A stretch of DNA of 64,000 bases from Macrostomum lignano (GCA_002269645.1 NIVC01003405.1:35446-99445), one strand, 5' to 3'; positions 37,201 through 48,990 are shown, numbered from the stretch's first letter. Notes: generated by a model not told the origin, from the sequence alone. Numbers and translations are program-made.

Positions 37201-40200
37201 CTGTAGATTTGGCGCTAGATATGGAACTCAAGCAGCTGTAGATTTGGCGCTAGATATGGAACTCAAGCAGCTGTAGATCGGGCGCTAGATTTGGAACTCA
37301 AGTAGCTGTAGATCTGGCGCTAGATATGGAACTCAAGCAGCTGTAGATCTGGCGCCAGATATTGAATTCAAGTGATGATGCCCAGATTCTAAATTCCAGA
37401 TTTAAACCCTGGCTAAGCTACCATTAACCGATTAGCTTTCGCTAATAATAATAATTGATTACACCTGCCCCGATTGGGCCAGATGTGCAACCGACAGCTC
37501 AGCCGAAGCTATTGCGCGGCGCATCTGAAGGCTGCGTACGTCTGTTCAGTCTAAGGACTGGGGGTTCGCCACACACACCCTCAATTACCCCAGCTAATGC
37601 TGGCACCCCTTTCACAGCTAAGTGAACTAAGTGAAGCAATGCAGAGTTGAGTGTATTCCTCAAGGACACAAATTGTTCCAGTGGGATCGGGAATCGAACC
37701 CCCGACCTTCAAGTCGCGAGTCCGACGCTCTAACCACTAGGCTACAACCTCATTGTTTCGCTGAACAATACATATTCAATATAAATAAACGAACTCAAGC
37801 GATCGCAAACCTGAGCACGGCCAGCAGCTCCTCCTGGTGCAGCAGCAATTTGTCCAGCAACAGCAAAGCGTAGAAGGCGGCCCGGTGCACCGCCGGCATC
37901 AGCTCCGAGTGGCGATGCTGCGGCGTCTGGTTTTCCATGAATCTGGCAGCGTCTGACACCAGCTGCAGCAGCTGGCGCAGCGTTGGAGACTCGGACAGCA
38001 GCAAGGACAGAATGTAGATGTCTGCTGATGTCTCCTGCTGCTGTTGCTGCTGCTGCTGCTGTTGTTGTTGCTGCAGATGCTGCTGGTAAACCGGGTTGTA
38101 GCGGCTGCACGCTCGCTGCAGCACGGCCAGGTAGATCTGCCGGTGCGGGGGAAGGGACGGTTCAGAGCTGCTCATGCTGACGGGGAATCGCTTTCAGATT
38201 CAGAGGGAATCGCTTTCAGATTCAGGGGGAATCACTTTCAGATTCAGGGGGATCGCTTTCAGATTCAGGGGGGAATCGCTTTCAGATTCAGGGGGGAATC
38301 GCTTTCAGATTCAGGGGGAATCGCTTTCAGATTCAGGGGAATCGCTTTCAGATTCAGGGGGAATCGCTTTCATACCGAAGGGGAACCGGTTTCATACTGA
38401 TGAGGAATCGGTTTCATACTGAGGGGGAATCGGTTTCATACTGATGAGGAATCGGTTTCATACTGAGGGGGAATCGGTTTCATACTGAGGGGGAATCGGT
38501 TTCATACTGAGGGGGAACCGGTTTCATACTGAAGGGGAATCGCTTCCATACTGATGAGGAATCGGTTCCATACTGAAGGGGAATCGGTTTCATACTGAGG
38601 GGGAATCGCTTCCATACTGATGAGGAATCGGTTCCATACTGATGAGGAATCGGTTTCATACTGAAGGGGAATCGGTTCCATACTGATGAGGAATCGGTTT
38701 CAGACTGAGGGGGAATCGGTTTCATACTGAGGGGGAATCGGTTTCATACTGAGGGGGAATCGCTTCCATACTGATGAGGAATCGGTTCCATACTGATGAG
38801 GAATCGGTTTCATACTGAAGGGGAATCGGTTCCATACTGATGAGGAATCGGTTTCAGACTGAGGGGGAATCGGTTTCATACTGAGGGGGAATCGGTTTCA
38901 TACTGATGAGGAATCGGTTTCAGACTGAGGGGGAATCGGTTTCATACTGAAGGGGAATCGGTTTCATACTGAGGGGGAATCGGTTCCATACTGATGAGGA
39001 ATCGGTTTCAGACTGAAGGGGAATCGGTTCTATACTGAAGGGGAATCGGTTCCATACTGATGAGGAATCGGTTTCATACTGAAGGGGAATCGGTTTCATA
39101 CTGAGGGGGAATCGGTTCCATACTGATGAGGAATCGGTTTCATACTGATGAGGAATCGGTTTCATACTGAAGGGGAATCGGTTCCATACTGAAGGGGAAT
39201 CGGTTCCATACTGATGAGGAATCGGTTTCATACTGAAGGGGAATCGGTTTCATACTGAGGGGGAATCGCTTCCATACTGATGAGGAATCGGTTCCATACT
39301 GATGAGGAATCGGTTTCATACTGAGGGGGAATCGGTTTCATACTGAGGGGGAATCGGTTTCATACAAAGGGCAATCGATGCCATACATGCACAGAGTGGG
39401 CTTCTTATGTTAAACCAAGCACACAGCAGGGGGCGCCCACCTCAATACAGGTAGCCGCAATGCTCCAGCGCTCGGCAGGCCGCCTGTAGGAGCGCATCGC
39501 GTGCTTCAAGAACACCACTTCATTTACAAAGCGAAGCGCTGACGCGTCAACAACGCAGAATCCGCCGCCGCCGCTGCCAGACTTCCCCGGCTGATGAAGC
39601 TGCTGCCAGTGCTGTTGCTGACTGAGCAGCAGCTGAAGCAGAAGGCGCAGCGCCGATCTGGTCAGCGGAAACTCTTCAACGCGAGCTTCGGCTTCGTCCA
39701 CCTCGGCTGTCAGGCTAGCAACACTTGGGGGGCCGCCGGTTGACAGGCCGAAACCGCTGGGCGGGGTCAAGCACCTGGACTGCTGCAGGGCCTGGGGGTT
39801 GGGCGAGCAGGCTGGGTTAATAGTCGCATGATCACTTGGGTGTCAGATCCTATTGTCAAATAAGGTCATTGTGAGCTGCAAGTACCCGTATCAATACCCA
39901 CCCTGATCCTCAGATGGGAACAATACCCCCTGATCCTCAGATGGGAACAGTACCCCCTGATCCTCAGATGGGAACAATACACCCTGATCCCTATGGGAAA
40001 ATATCTCAATGGGAAAATATCCCTATGGGAAAATATATCTAAATATCCCTGTGGGAAAATTCCTAAATATACCTGCAGGAAAATATTCCTATGAAAAATA
40101 TCCATATGGGTGTAGAAAAAATACTAACTAAACTAAAAACTATTTAATTGGAGTTAAATTGAAGGAGCAGTAAGTGGGCGCAGGGCCCAAACCGATATAT

Positions 40201-43200
40201 TTATAGAACATTTAACTTTGGGGGATTGAGCCTAGAATAATAAAGAGAGGGGGTGGAGTGCGCGACTGAAGAGAGAGGCGAGAATGGAGAGCCAATCAGA
40301 AGGCAGCAAGGGAGAGAGAGATAAGAATAACAAGATTGAGCTGGACAGAGAAGAGAGAAAACAGAGTAAACAGAGACAAGTGAAGGTGAACTAAAGAAAT
40401 GACTAGGAAAGTCGCGACACTCCCCCAAAAAAATGGAACATTTTTTGAATTTTCGAGTACCATTACCAATTGAAATTAATGAGTTAGAATTAGGTCGAAT
40501 TAAATTGAAAAACACATTCACAATAAATGGTGTATAAAACGATTTGAAAAATACATAATGACTAAGAATTTGAATACAAAAACAGTAGAGCGAATGCAAA
40601 ATATTTAGACCGAATTTTAAACTTAGATTTTTATTGAGTAGTTTTTGAACCATAGCAATGAGAAGACTGAAAAGACTGAATATATCCGCCCTCCCCCCTA
40701 AAAATTAATTTAATTTTTTACATTGTGACTACATGGTGAAAGAAAAAATTGAATGACGAATTAACGAGGCGATCTGGCAGGCGATGAGCGAAGAGACGAT
40801 CCGGCAGGCGATGAGCGAAGAGACGATCCGGCAGGCGATGAGCAAGGAGACGATCCGGAAGGCGAGCGAAGAGACGATCCGGCAGGCGAGCCCCGCGGCG
40901 CCCCGGCAGAGAATTGGAAACCGAGAGAGACCGAGGACACCGCAGGACGCACCCCCGGCAGACGATGAGCGAAGAGACGATCCGGCAGGCGAGCCCTGAG
41001 GTGCCCCGGCAGAGAATTGGAAACCGAGAGAGACCGAGGACACCGCAGGACGCACCCCCGGCAGACGAAGCGATGAGGCCGACAGACGAAGCGATGAGGC
41101 CGACAGACGAAGCGATGAGGCCGACAGACGAAGCGATGAGGCCGACAAACGAAGCGATGAGGCCGACAGACGGGATGACGAGATGACTGGTGGAGGGTTA
41201 CGACTATGACGATGGCATGGCCTTTGCCAGCCTTACTGAATTGACTTAATTATTTTACATTGGGCGCCATGTAGAAAAAATACTAACTAAACTAAAAACT
41301 ATTTAATTGGAGTTAAATTGAAGGAGCAGTAAGTGGGCGCAGGGCCCAAACCGATATATTTATAGAACATTTAACTTTGGGGGATTGAGCCTAGAATAAT
41401 AAAGAGAGGGGGTGGAGTGCGCGACTGAAGAGAGAGGCGAGAATGGAGAGCCAATCAGAAGGCAGCAAGGGAGAGAGAGATAAGAATAACAAGATTGAGC
41501 TGGACAGAGAAGAGAGAAAACAGAGTAAACAGAGACAAGTGAAGGTGAACTAAAGAAATGACTAGGAAAGTCGCGACAATGGGACACCACCTCCGGTTCC
41601 TATATGAACATCTCGGGTACGTTACTAACTAGTTGAGCCTCACCTGCCAGACAGTGACGCTCAGCTGGGGTGTCTCAGCAAACACAGTCAGGGTGGCAAG
41701 CAGGCGAGCTTTCAAGCACAGCGGCACTGTGCAGGTAAGGAAGCCCACAAACAGGCCGATTGGTTGCCAGGCGGTATTTTCGCAGAATTCGAAGCGCAGC
41801 TCGGGCTCGTGATGAGCGACGGTTCCGATGAGCAGCAGCACCTGCCGAACACAGGTTAAAGGGAGCAGCACAATGATACTGTCAATGATACTGTCACTGA
41901 TACTGTTAATGATACTGTCAATGATACTGTCACTGATACTGTCATTGATACTGTCATTGCTACTGTCAATGATACTGTCAATGATATACTGTCACTGATA
42001 CTGTCAATGATACTGTGAATGATACTGTCACTGATACTGTCAATGATACTGTCAATGATACTGTGAATGATACTGTGAATGATACTGTCACTGATACTGT
42101 CAATGATACTGTCACTGACACTGTGAATGATACTGTCACTGATACTGTCAATGATACTGTCAATGATACTGTGAATGATACTGTCACTGATACTGTCAAT
42201 GATACTGTCAATGATACTGTGAATGATACTGTCACTGATACTGTCACTGATACTGTCAATGATACTGTGAATGATACTGTCACTGATACTGTCACTGATA
42301 CTGTCAATGATACTGTCATTGATACTGTCAATGATACTGTCACTGACACTATCACTGATACTGTCACTGATAATGTCACTGACACTGTCAATGATACTGT
42401 GAATGATACTGTCACTGATACTGTCAATGATACTGTCATTGCTACTGTCAATGATATACTGTCACTGATACTGTCAATGATACTGTGAATGATACTGTCA
42501 ATGATATACTGTCACTGATACTGTCAATGATACTGTCAATGATATACTGTCAATGATACTGTCAATGATACTGTGAATGATACTGTCACTGATACTGTCA
42601 ATGATACTGTCAATGATACTGTGAATGATACTGTCACTGATACTGTCAATGATACTGTCAATGATACTGTCAATGATACTGTGAATGATACTGTCACTGA
42701 TACTGTCACTGATACTGTCAATGATACTGTGAATGATACTGTCACTGATACTGTCACTGATACTGTCAATGATACTGTCACTGATACTGTTACTGATACT
42801 GTCACTGATACTGTCAATGATACTGTGAATGATACTGTGAATGATACTGTGAATGATACTGTCACTGATACTGTCAATGATACTGTGAATGATACTGTCA
42901 CTGATACTGTCACTGATACTGTCAATGATACTGTCACTGATACTGTTACTGATACTGTCACTGATACTGTCAATGATACTGTGAATGATACTGTCACTGA
43001 TACTGTCAATGATACTGTGAATGATACTGTGAATGATACTGTCACTGATACTGTCACTGATACTGTCAATGATACTGTGAATGATACTGTCACTGATACT
43101 GTCAATGATACTGTCACTGATACTGTTACTGATACTGTCAATGATACTGTGAATGATACTGTGAATGATACTGTCACTGATACTGTCAATGATACTGTGA

Positions 43201-46200
43201 ATGATACTGTCACTGATACTGTCAATGATACTGTGAATGATACTGTCACTGATACTGTCAATGATACTGTCAATGATACTGTCACTGATACTGTTACTGA
43301 TACTGTCAATGATACTGTCAATGATACTGTGAATGATACTGTCACTGATACTGTCACTGATACTGTCAATGATACTGTCACTGATACTGTCAATGATACT
43401 GTCAATGATACTGTCACTGATACTGTTACTGATACTGTCAATGATACTGTCAATGATACTGTGAATGATACTGTGAATGATACTGTCACTGATACTGTCA
43501 ATGATACTGTCAATGATACTGTCACTGATACTGTCAATGATACTGTCAATGATACTGTGAATGATACCGTCATTGATACTGTCAATGATACTGTCACTGA
43601 TACTGTCTATTATATCGTCACTGACACTGTCACTGACACTGTCAATGATACTGTCACTGATACTGTCTATTATATCGTCACTGATACTGTCACTGACACT
43701 GTCACTGATAATGTGACTGATACTGTCACTGATACTGTCAATGATACTGTCAATGATACTGTGAATGATACTGTCACTGATACTGTCACTGATACTGTCA
43801 ATGATACTGTGAATGATACTGTCACTGATACTGTCAATGATACTGTCAATGATACTGTCAATGATACTGTCAATGATACTGTCACTGATACTGTCAATGA
43901 TACTGTCAATGATACTGTGAATGATACTGTCACTGATACTGTCACTGATACTGTCAATGATACTGTGAATGATACTGTCACTGATACTGTCAATGATACT
44001 GTCAATGATACTGTCACTGATACTGTTACTGATACTGTCACTGATACTGTCAATGATACTGTCAATGATACTGTCACTGATACTGTTACTGATACTGTCA
44101 CTGATACTGTCAATGATACTGTCAATGATACTGTGAATGATACTGTGAATGATACTGTCACTGATACTGTCAATGATACTGTCAATGATACTGTGAATGA
44201 TACTGTCACTGATACTGTCAATGATACTGTCAATGATACTGTGAATGATACCGTCATTGATACTGTCAATGATACTGTCACTGATACTGTCTATTATATC
44301 GTCACTGACACTGTCACTGACACTGTCAATGATACTGTCACTGATACTGTCTATTATATCGTCACTGATACTGTCACTGACACTGTCACTGATAATGTGA
44401 CTGATACTGTCACTGATACTGTCAATGATACTGTCACTGATCCTGTCACTGATCCTGTCACTGATTCTGTCACTGATACTGTCAATGATACTGTCACTGA
44501 TACTTGCATAGGTGATATCTCACCTGCATAAGACCCTCCAGCTCCAATGGCGAGATCCCGCGCCACCGGTTCGTCTGCCCATCGCCAACTGCTGCTGCTG
44601 CTGCTGTCTCTGGTACTGCAGCTGCAGCTGGGGAGTCTGGTACAGGTGCGGATAAACCACAGCGTTGGCAGACGACACTGCGCCAAACTGGGCCGGCAGC
44701 TCCTGCTGCAGAGTTTTCAGGTACATCCTCAAACTGGAATAGAAATGATCCCAGGACAGTACAGAGGCCTGCCGGCTCAGCGAGAAGCTACCGGCGCGCA
44801 GCATGGCGTAGCAGGCTCTGGCCTGGGTGCGGCCGCAGGACAGCCTGGCCAGCAGGCGCAGGAACGGAATGTACAGCGACGGAGCCAGCACAACATCGCT
44901 GGCTAAGCGAAGGAATTTGGCCAAGGCAACTTGCCGATTGCTAGGCCGAGATTTGCTGAGATTGAACAGATCGTTGGACACGGCCTCGCCGCCCAGCCAG
45001 TAGTCCAGCGTGAGCTCGCAGTCCCCGCCGGCTGGGTACAGGCTGGCCAGGATGCTCAGCAGGTCTTCAAAGTCGCGCCGCAGCCCGGCGGGAGGTTGGA
45101 GGCCCTGAGCGGCGTAGCTGGCGACTATGCGGGCCGCCTTGTCGGTGCCGTCACGGAGGCACTTCACCTGCGAGGGCCGGGGTGGGTCCCGACGAGTGCT
45201 TTTTAGGGTCACGTGACTTCAGCATCGCCCTTCTATCTATTCAGTGTCTCATTATAGTCCCTATCCAGTTTCACCCCAGTCCCTATCTATTGTCACTCCA
45301 ATCCCAATCCAGTCTCACCCCACTCTCAATCCAGTTTCACCCCACTCCCTATCCAGTCTCACCCCACTCCCTATCCAGTCTCACCCCACTCCCTATCCAG
45401 TCTCACCCCACTCCCTATCCAGTCTCACCCCACTCCCTATCCAGTCTCACCCCACTCCCTATCCAGTTTCACCCCACTCCCTATCCAGTTTCACCCCACT
45501 CCCTATCCAGTTTCACCCCACTCCCAATCCAGTTTCACCCCACTCCCAATCCAGTTTCACCCCACTCCCTATCCAGTTTCACCCCACTCCCAATCCAGTT
45601 TCACCCCACTCCCTATCCAGTCTTACCCTAGTCCCTACTCCCTATTTATTCTCACTCCAATCCTCATCTAGTCTCACCCCAGTCCATATCTATTCTCACT
45701 TCAATCCCAATCCAGTTTCACCCCAATCCCTATCCAGTCTCACCCCACTCCCTATCCAGTCTCACCCCACTCCCTATCCAGTCTTACCCTACTCCCTATC
45801 CAGTTTTACCCTAGTCCCTAATCCCTATCTATTCTCACTCCAATCCTCATCCAGTCTTACCCCACTCCCTATCCAGTCTCACCCCAATGCCCAATCTCTA
45901 TCCGGTCTCACCCAAACACCATCTAGTCTCACCACAGCCCCAGCCAGTCTCACCTGCATAGGCATCAGGCACACATAGTCAGTCAGCAGGTTGTGCAGGC
46001 AGCGCAGCGCCCATTCGTTGCCGCGGCACCAGGCGCCGGCACCAGCGCCGCCGCTAGCTTCGCCAGCCGGCGCCAGCAAGCTGCCCAGCGCCGCGAACGC
46101 GCCATCGGCGATGCCAACCTCCGCGGACAGTTCGCCATCGTCGTCGTCGGCATCGGCAGCGCTGGCATCGGCGCCTGAAGATGGCGCGGAGAATGAGTAG

Positions 46201-48245
46201 GCGGCGGGCCCCGCCAAGCCGGTCTGCTGAGCCCGGCGCAGCGCCACGCCCCAGGCGAACCGGATCAGGCCCTGGGCGGCCGGGTTCTGCCAGCGAGGGC
46301 CGCGTCTTACCGCTTGGTGGATTGCGGCCGCGAACCCGGGACCACCCGAAGAGTCGGCGGGCGCCAACAGCGGATGCGACTCGTCCGGCTCTTCGCCGTC
46401 CGGACCGGAGCAGTCGAATGAAGTCAGCACGGCCAGGATTAGCGATGCGTGGCACCTGCGGGGCGAGCATTGCCAAGCAGTGGCTTTGAGACAAGAAGTG
46501 CTCACCACTGTACATCTCACCCTCACAAAAGTACTGCCTCTGCCCAGTGCTCTCACCGTCTGCAAATCTCGAACCGCTCTTCTCTACAACTCTCACCTCT
46601 CACCCAGGCAATTCTCACCCTTTTCCCTGCAACTCTCACCTCTCTCCCAGGCAGTTCTCGCTCTTCCCCTGCAACTCTCACCCCTCTCCAGAAAACTCCC
46701 ACTCCTCTCTCCTAGGCAACTCTCACCCTCTCCCAGAAAACTCCCACTCCTCTCCCAGGCAACTCTCACCCTCTTTCAGGCAACTTTCATCCGCGCCAAC
46801 AACACTAATCCCCCTCCCAGCAAATCTAACCCCTTCTCCTTACTCTCCCTCTATCTCCTCACCTATCGCACATGCACAATCTCTAGCCTCACTCTTCCTC
46901 CTCGCTAGTCTGTCCCAGCCACCTGTCTCACCTGTCAATAGCAGCTGGGGCAGGCGGCAAGTCCCGCTGCAGGAACCGCATCACGGCCAGCAGATCCTCG
47001 ACGCCCAGCGGAGTCTGGCAGGCCCACAGAAAGACGCAATCGGCCAGGCAGTGCCGCACTTGGCTTTGCAGGGCGCCAAACTGGCGCCGATGCCTGGCGT
47101 TGCCGAGGGCGCGCTGCTCCTCCAGTTTAGCTGCGGCCAGGCGCTCGTTGGCCGCGGGCAGCAGGTCAAGGATGGCGCCAAGTAGGCCGTCGCGCCACAG
47201 ACTGGCGGTGACGTCGTTGATGGTCTTGGCGACCTCCGGGCTGGCCGTGACGCTGTCCACTGTCCAGCGGCGACCTTCGCGAGCTTCAATAAGGCAGCGC
47301 AGGGTGTCCACAATGCAGCGCTGCTGATCATAGTAGAGCAGCACCGCCACCAGGCCGCGGGTCAGGTCCGGGTAGGACGGCTGCTGGCCTTCGGCTGAGA
47401 ATGAATGCAGCAGGAATAAGATTTTGAGTGAGAATTTTCTGCTGCAAGGCTGCTGAGGGGAGATTTTCTAAAGTGATAATTTTAGGATTTAATTTGCACA
47501 CCGACTAAAGTAAAGCCTGATTCATACCGGTTAGCAGAAGTTCCACGGCGGCCATTTCATTCAGCTCAAAAAGGTCGCTGACAATGATGGCCTCCTCAAT
47601 AAAATCGTCTGATAGGCAGATTTTCTGCTGAATGAGGCGCACCGTGATTGGCTGGTTGGCGGCTTTGCGGACCAGCTCGCGGTCCGCGGCGGTTTTCGGC
47701 TGCGGGTTCGGGTGGGGTGCCGGTCAGAATGAACTGATAGTCTGACAGAATGAGCTGACAGTCTAACAGAATGAGCTGACAGTCTGACATAGTGAACTGA
47801 CAGTCTGACAGAATGAGCTGACAGTCTGACATAGTGAACAGACAGTCTGACAGAATGAACTGACAGTCTGACATAGTGAACTGACAGTCTGACAGAATGA
47901 GCTGACAGTATGACAGAATAAGCTGACAGTCTGACAGAATGAGCTGACAGTATGACAGAATGAGCTGACAGTATGACAGAATGAGCTGACAGTCTGACAT
48001 AGTGAACTGACAGTTCAGAAAATCTGAGACTAGACGGACAGCCAAAAAGCGGACAGAAAAGGTGTCAGAGCAGCAATGAAAGTGAAAAAAAGAGCTGAGG
48101 AAATTCTCACCGGATTTTTCAACAGGGCGTGAAAGTTCGGCCTGGCCTTCTTGAGCTCGGCATCGAATTCGTAGGCGCGGTCGGTCCGTCCCTCGGCAAT
48201 CACCGAGTGAACCAGACTGTTGAGAGACTTCTGCGACGTCCACAT
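25227..48245 (-). CDS. NUP205: Nuclear pore complex protein Nup205, 16 exons, ~2211 aa, with one apparent frameshift in exon 5
   Basis: Exons: 48245-48111, 47699-47528, 47394-46932, 46455-45954, 45167-44524, 41841-41644, 39791-39441, 38136-37811, 36907-36277, 35910-35650, 34208-33576, 29309-28967, 28077-27192, 27003-26464, 26321-25856, 25310-25227. All introns GT-AG, and phases are consistent apart from the exon-5 shift. Matches Nup205 motifs recalled from the human protein: LKNP|[94 protein letters not shown]. Confidence 0.95.
25365..25820. repeat. Minisatellite in NUP205 intron 15 (cagcaactgaggatctgggag core, ~26-35-bp units)
   Basis: Tandem copies fill most of the intron. Confidence 0.95.
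26353..26463. repeat. 32-bp repeat x3.5 in NUP205 intron 14
   Basis: cactcagtcacacaccagcagactcagacagg repeated. On the minus strand the array begins at the donor GT. Confidence 0.9.
28150..28905. repeat. 25-26-bp minisatellite in NUP205 intron 12 (aaaatctcacccctaacaaagctac)
   Basis: ~28 tandem copies in two sub-variants. Confidence 0.95.
29325..33527. repeat. 30-bp satellite (gggataaaatcccagtttaaccattgttgt), ~140 copies, with higher-order structure, in NUP205 intron 11
   Basis: Near-identical monomers with an internal palindrome gggat-aaa-atccc. A 32-bp variant recurs at defined spacings. Confidence 0.98.
34325..35555. repeat. ~34-bp minisatellite in NUP205 intron 10 (ctttgatgtgccgctaccccataactaccgatgg)
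   Basis: ~36 tandem copies with several variant types. Confidence 0.95.
35970..36250. repeat. Degenerate ~41-43-bp repeat in NUP205 intron 9 (actactgcgc...gttgctatggcaac)
   Basis: ~6 diverged copies. Confidence 0.85.
36950..37360. repeat. 35-bp minisatellite in NUP205 intron 8 (gctgtagatctggcgctagatatggaactcaagca)
   Basis: ~12 tandem copies. Confidence 0.95.
37444..37755 (-). mobile_element. tRNA-derived SINE family B, full length, in NUP205 intron 8
   Basis: Minus-strand head gaggttgtagcctagtggttagagcg...ggggttcgattcccg with A and B boxes. Central gtgtccttgaggaatacact...agctgtgaaaggggtgcc resembles a conserved invertebrate SINE core. (ATT)n tail. 7-bp TSD tttcgct at 37437-37443 and 37756-37762. 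Confidence 0.85.
38180..39365. repeat. 21/22-bp minisatellite in NUP205 intron 7 (ggggaatcgctttcagattca grading into gggggaatcggtttcatactga)
   Basis: ~54 tandem copies; the unit changes gradually along the array. Confidence 0.95.
40111..41578 (-). mobile_element. Non-autonomous LTR retroelement (TRIM/LARD-like), 1468 bp, in NUP205 intron 6
   Basis: Two 309-bp direct repeats (40111-40419, 41270-41578), TG...CA, identical by eye. 5-bp TSD atggg at 40106-40110 and 41579-41583. Minus-strand PBS TGGCGCCCAATGT directly after the 5' LTR; purine tract GGGGGAG before the 3' LTR. No gag/pol. Confidence 0.92.
41872..44505. repeat. 12-bp minisatellite (gatactgtcaat / gatactgtcact / gatactgtgaat), ~215 copies, filling NUP205 intron 5
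   Basis: Three main interspersed variants; accounts for the VNDT/VTDT pseudo-ORFs. Confidence 0.98.
45255..45895. repeat. 22-bp minisatellite in NUP205 intron 4 (ccagtctcaccccactccctat)
   Basis: Homogeneous core with degenerate flanks. Confidence 0.92.
46565..46790. repeat. Degenerate pyrimidine-rich repeat in NUP205 intron 3 (caactctcacc...tctccc)
   Basis: Several diverged copies. Confidence 0.7.
47730..48012. repeat. 21-bp minisatellite in NUP205 intron 1 (tgacagtctgacagaatgagc)
   Basis: ~13 tandem copies. Confidence 0.93.
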
Positions 48246-48464
48246 CTGTGGCAGTTGGTGGCATGAGAGGACAGGTATATGCTACAGGTAAAGATATGCA
48301 CCCACTCTAAAATGGTTTGTCGGTCTAGTCTATCTATCATCTAGTCTACATAACTAAAGTTGACTTCCTATATACTAAAAATGGTCTGTCGACTGTCGGT
48401 ATTTATCTAGGTAGGTATGTGATCGAAAAACAGTTGACTTACAAATACGTCCCTTGCCCTACTG

Positions 48465-48746
48465 TATTACTACTACTACTACAACTACTACTACTACAAC
48501 TACTTTTACTACTACTACTACAACTACTACAACTACTTTTACTACTACTACTACAACTACTACTACTACTACAACTACTTTTACTACTACTACTACTACA
48601 ACTACTTTTACTACTACTACTACTACTACAACTACTTTTACTACTACTACTACTACTACATTTACTACAACAACAACTACTACTACAACTACTACTACTA
48701 CTACTACTACTTTTACTACTACTACTACTACTACTACAACTACTTT

Positions 48747-48784
<38 letters not shown>

Positions 48785-48990
48785 ACTACTACTACAACTA
48801 CTACTACTACTACAACTACTTTTACTACTACTACTACTACAACTACTACTACTACAACTACTACTACTACAACTACTTTTACTACTACTACTACTACAAC
48901 AACTACTACTACTACTACTACTACTACATTTACTACAACAACTACTACTACGTACTACTACTAATACTACTGCTACTACTACTACTAATG
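48465..48990. repeat. (TAC)n microsatellite with interspersed AAC/TTT triplets, ~520 bp
   Basis: Trinucleotide run ~220 bp upstream of the NUP205 start. Confidence 0.98.

Noticed and set aside
37681-37752. tRNA gene on the minus strand
   Set aside because: The anticodon and acceptor stems pair poorly, and the sequence continues into a SINE body with tail and TSD.
38395-39310. Hammerhead ribozyme (repeated CTGATGAG)
   Set aside because: No correctly placed GAAA and stem II, and no cleavage triplet with stems I and III; it is part of a 22-bp minisatellite.
40729-41186. ORFs inside the LTR element as gag
   Set aside because: They translate GC-rich tandem repeats, with no zinc knuckle, protease or RT motifs.
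42015-44531. 652-aa VNDT/VTDT, 353-aa VSLT and [10 protein letters not shown]-type long ORFs as proteins
   Set aside because: They are by-products of stop-free repeat units within NUP205 introns, and the exon chain is complete without them.
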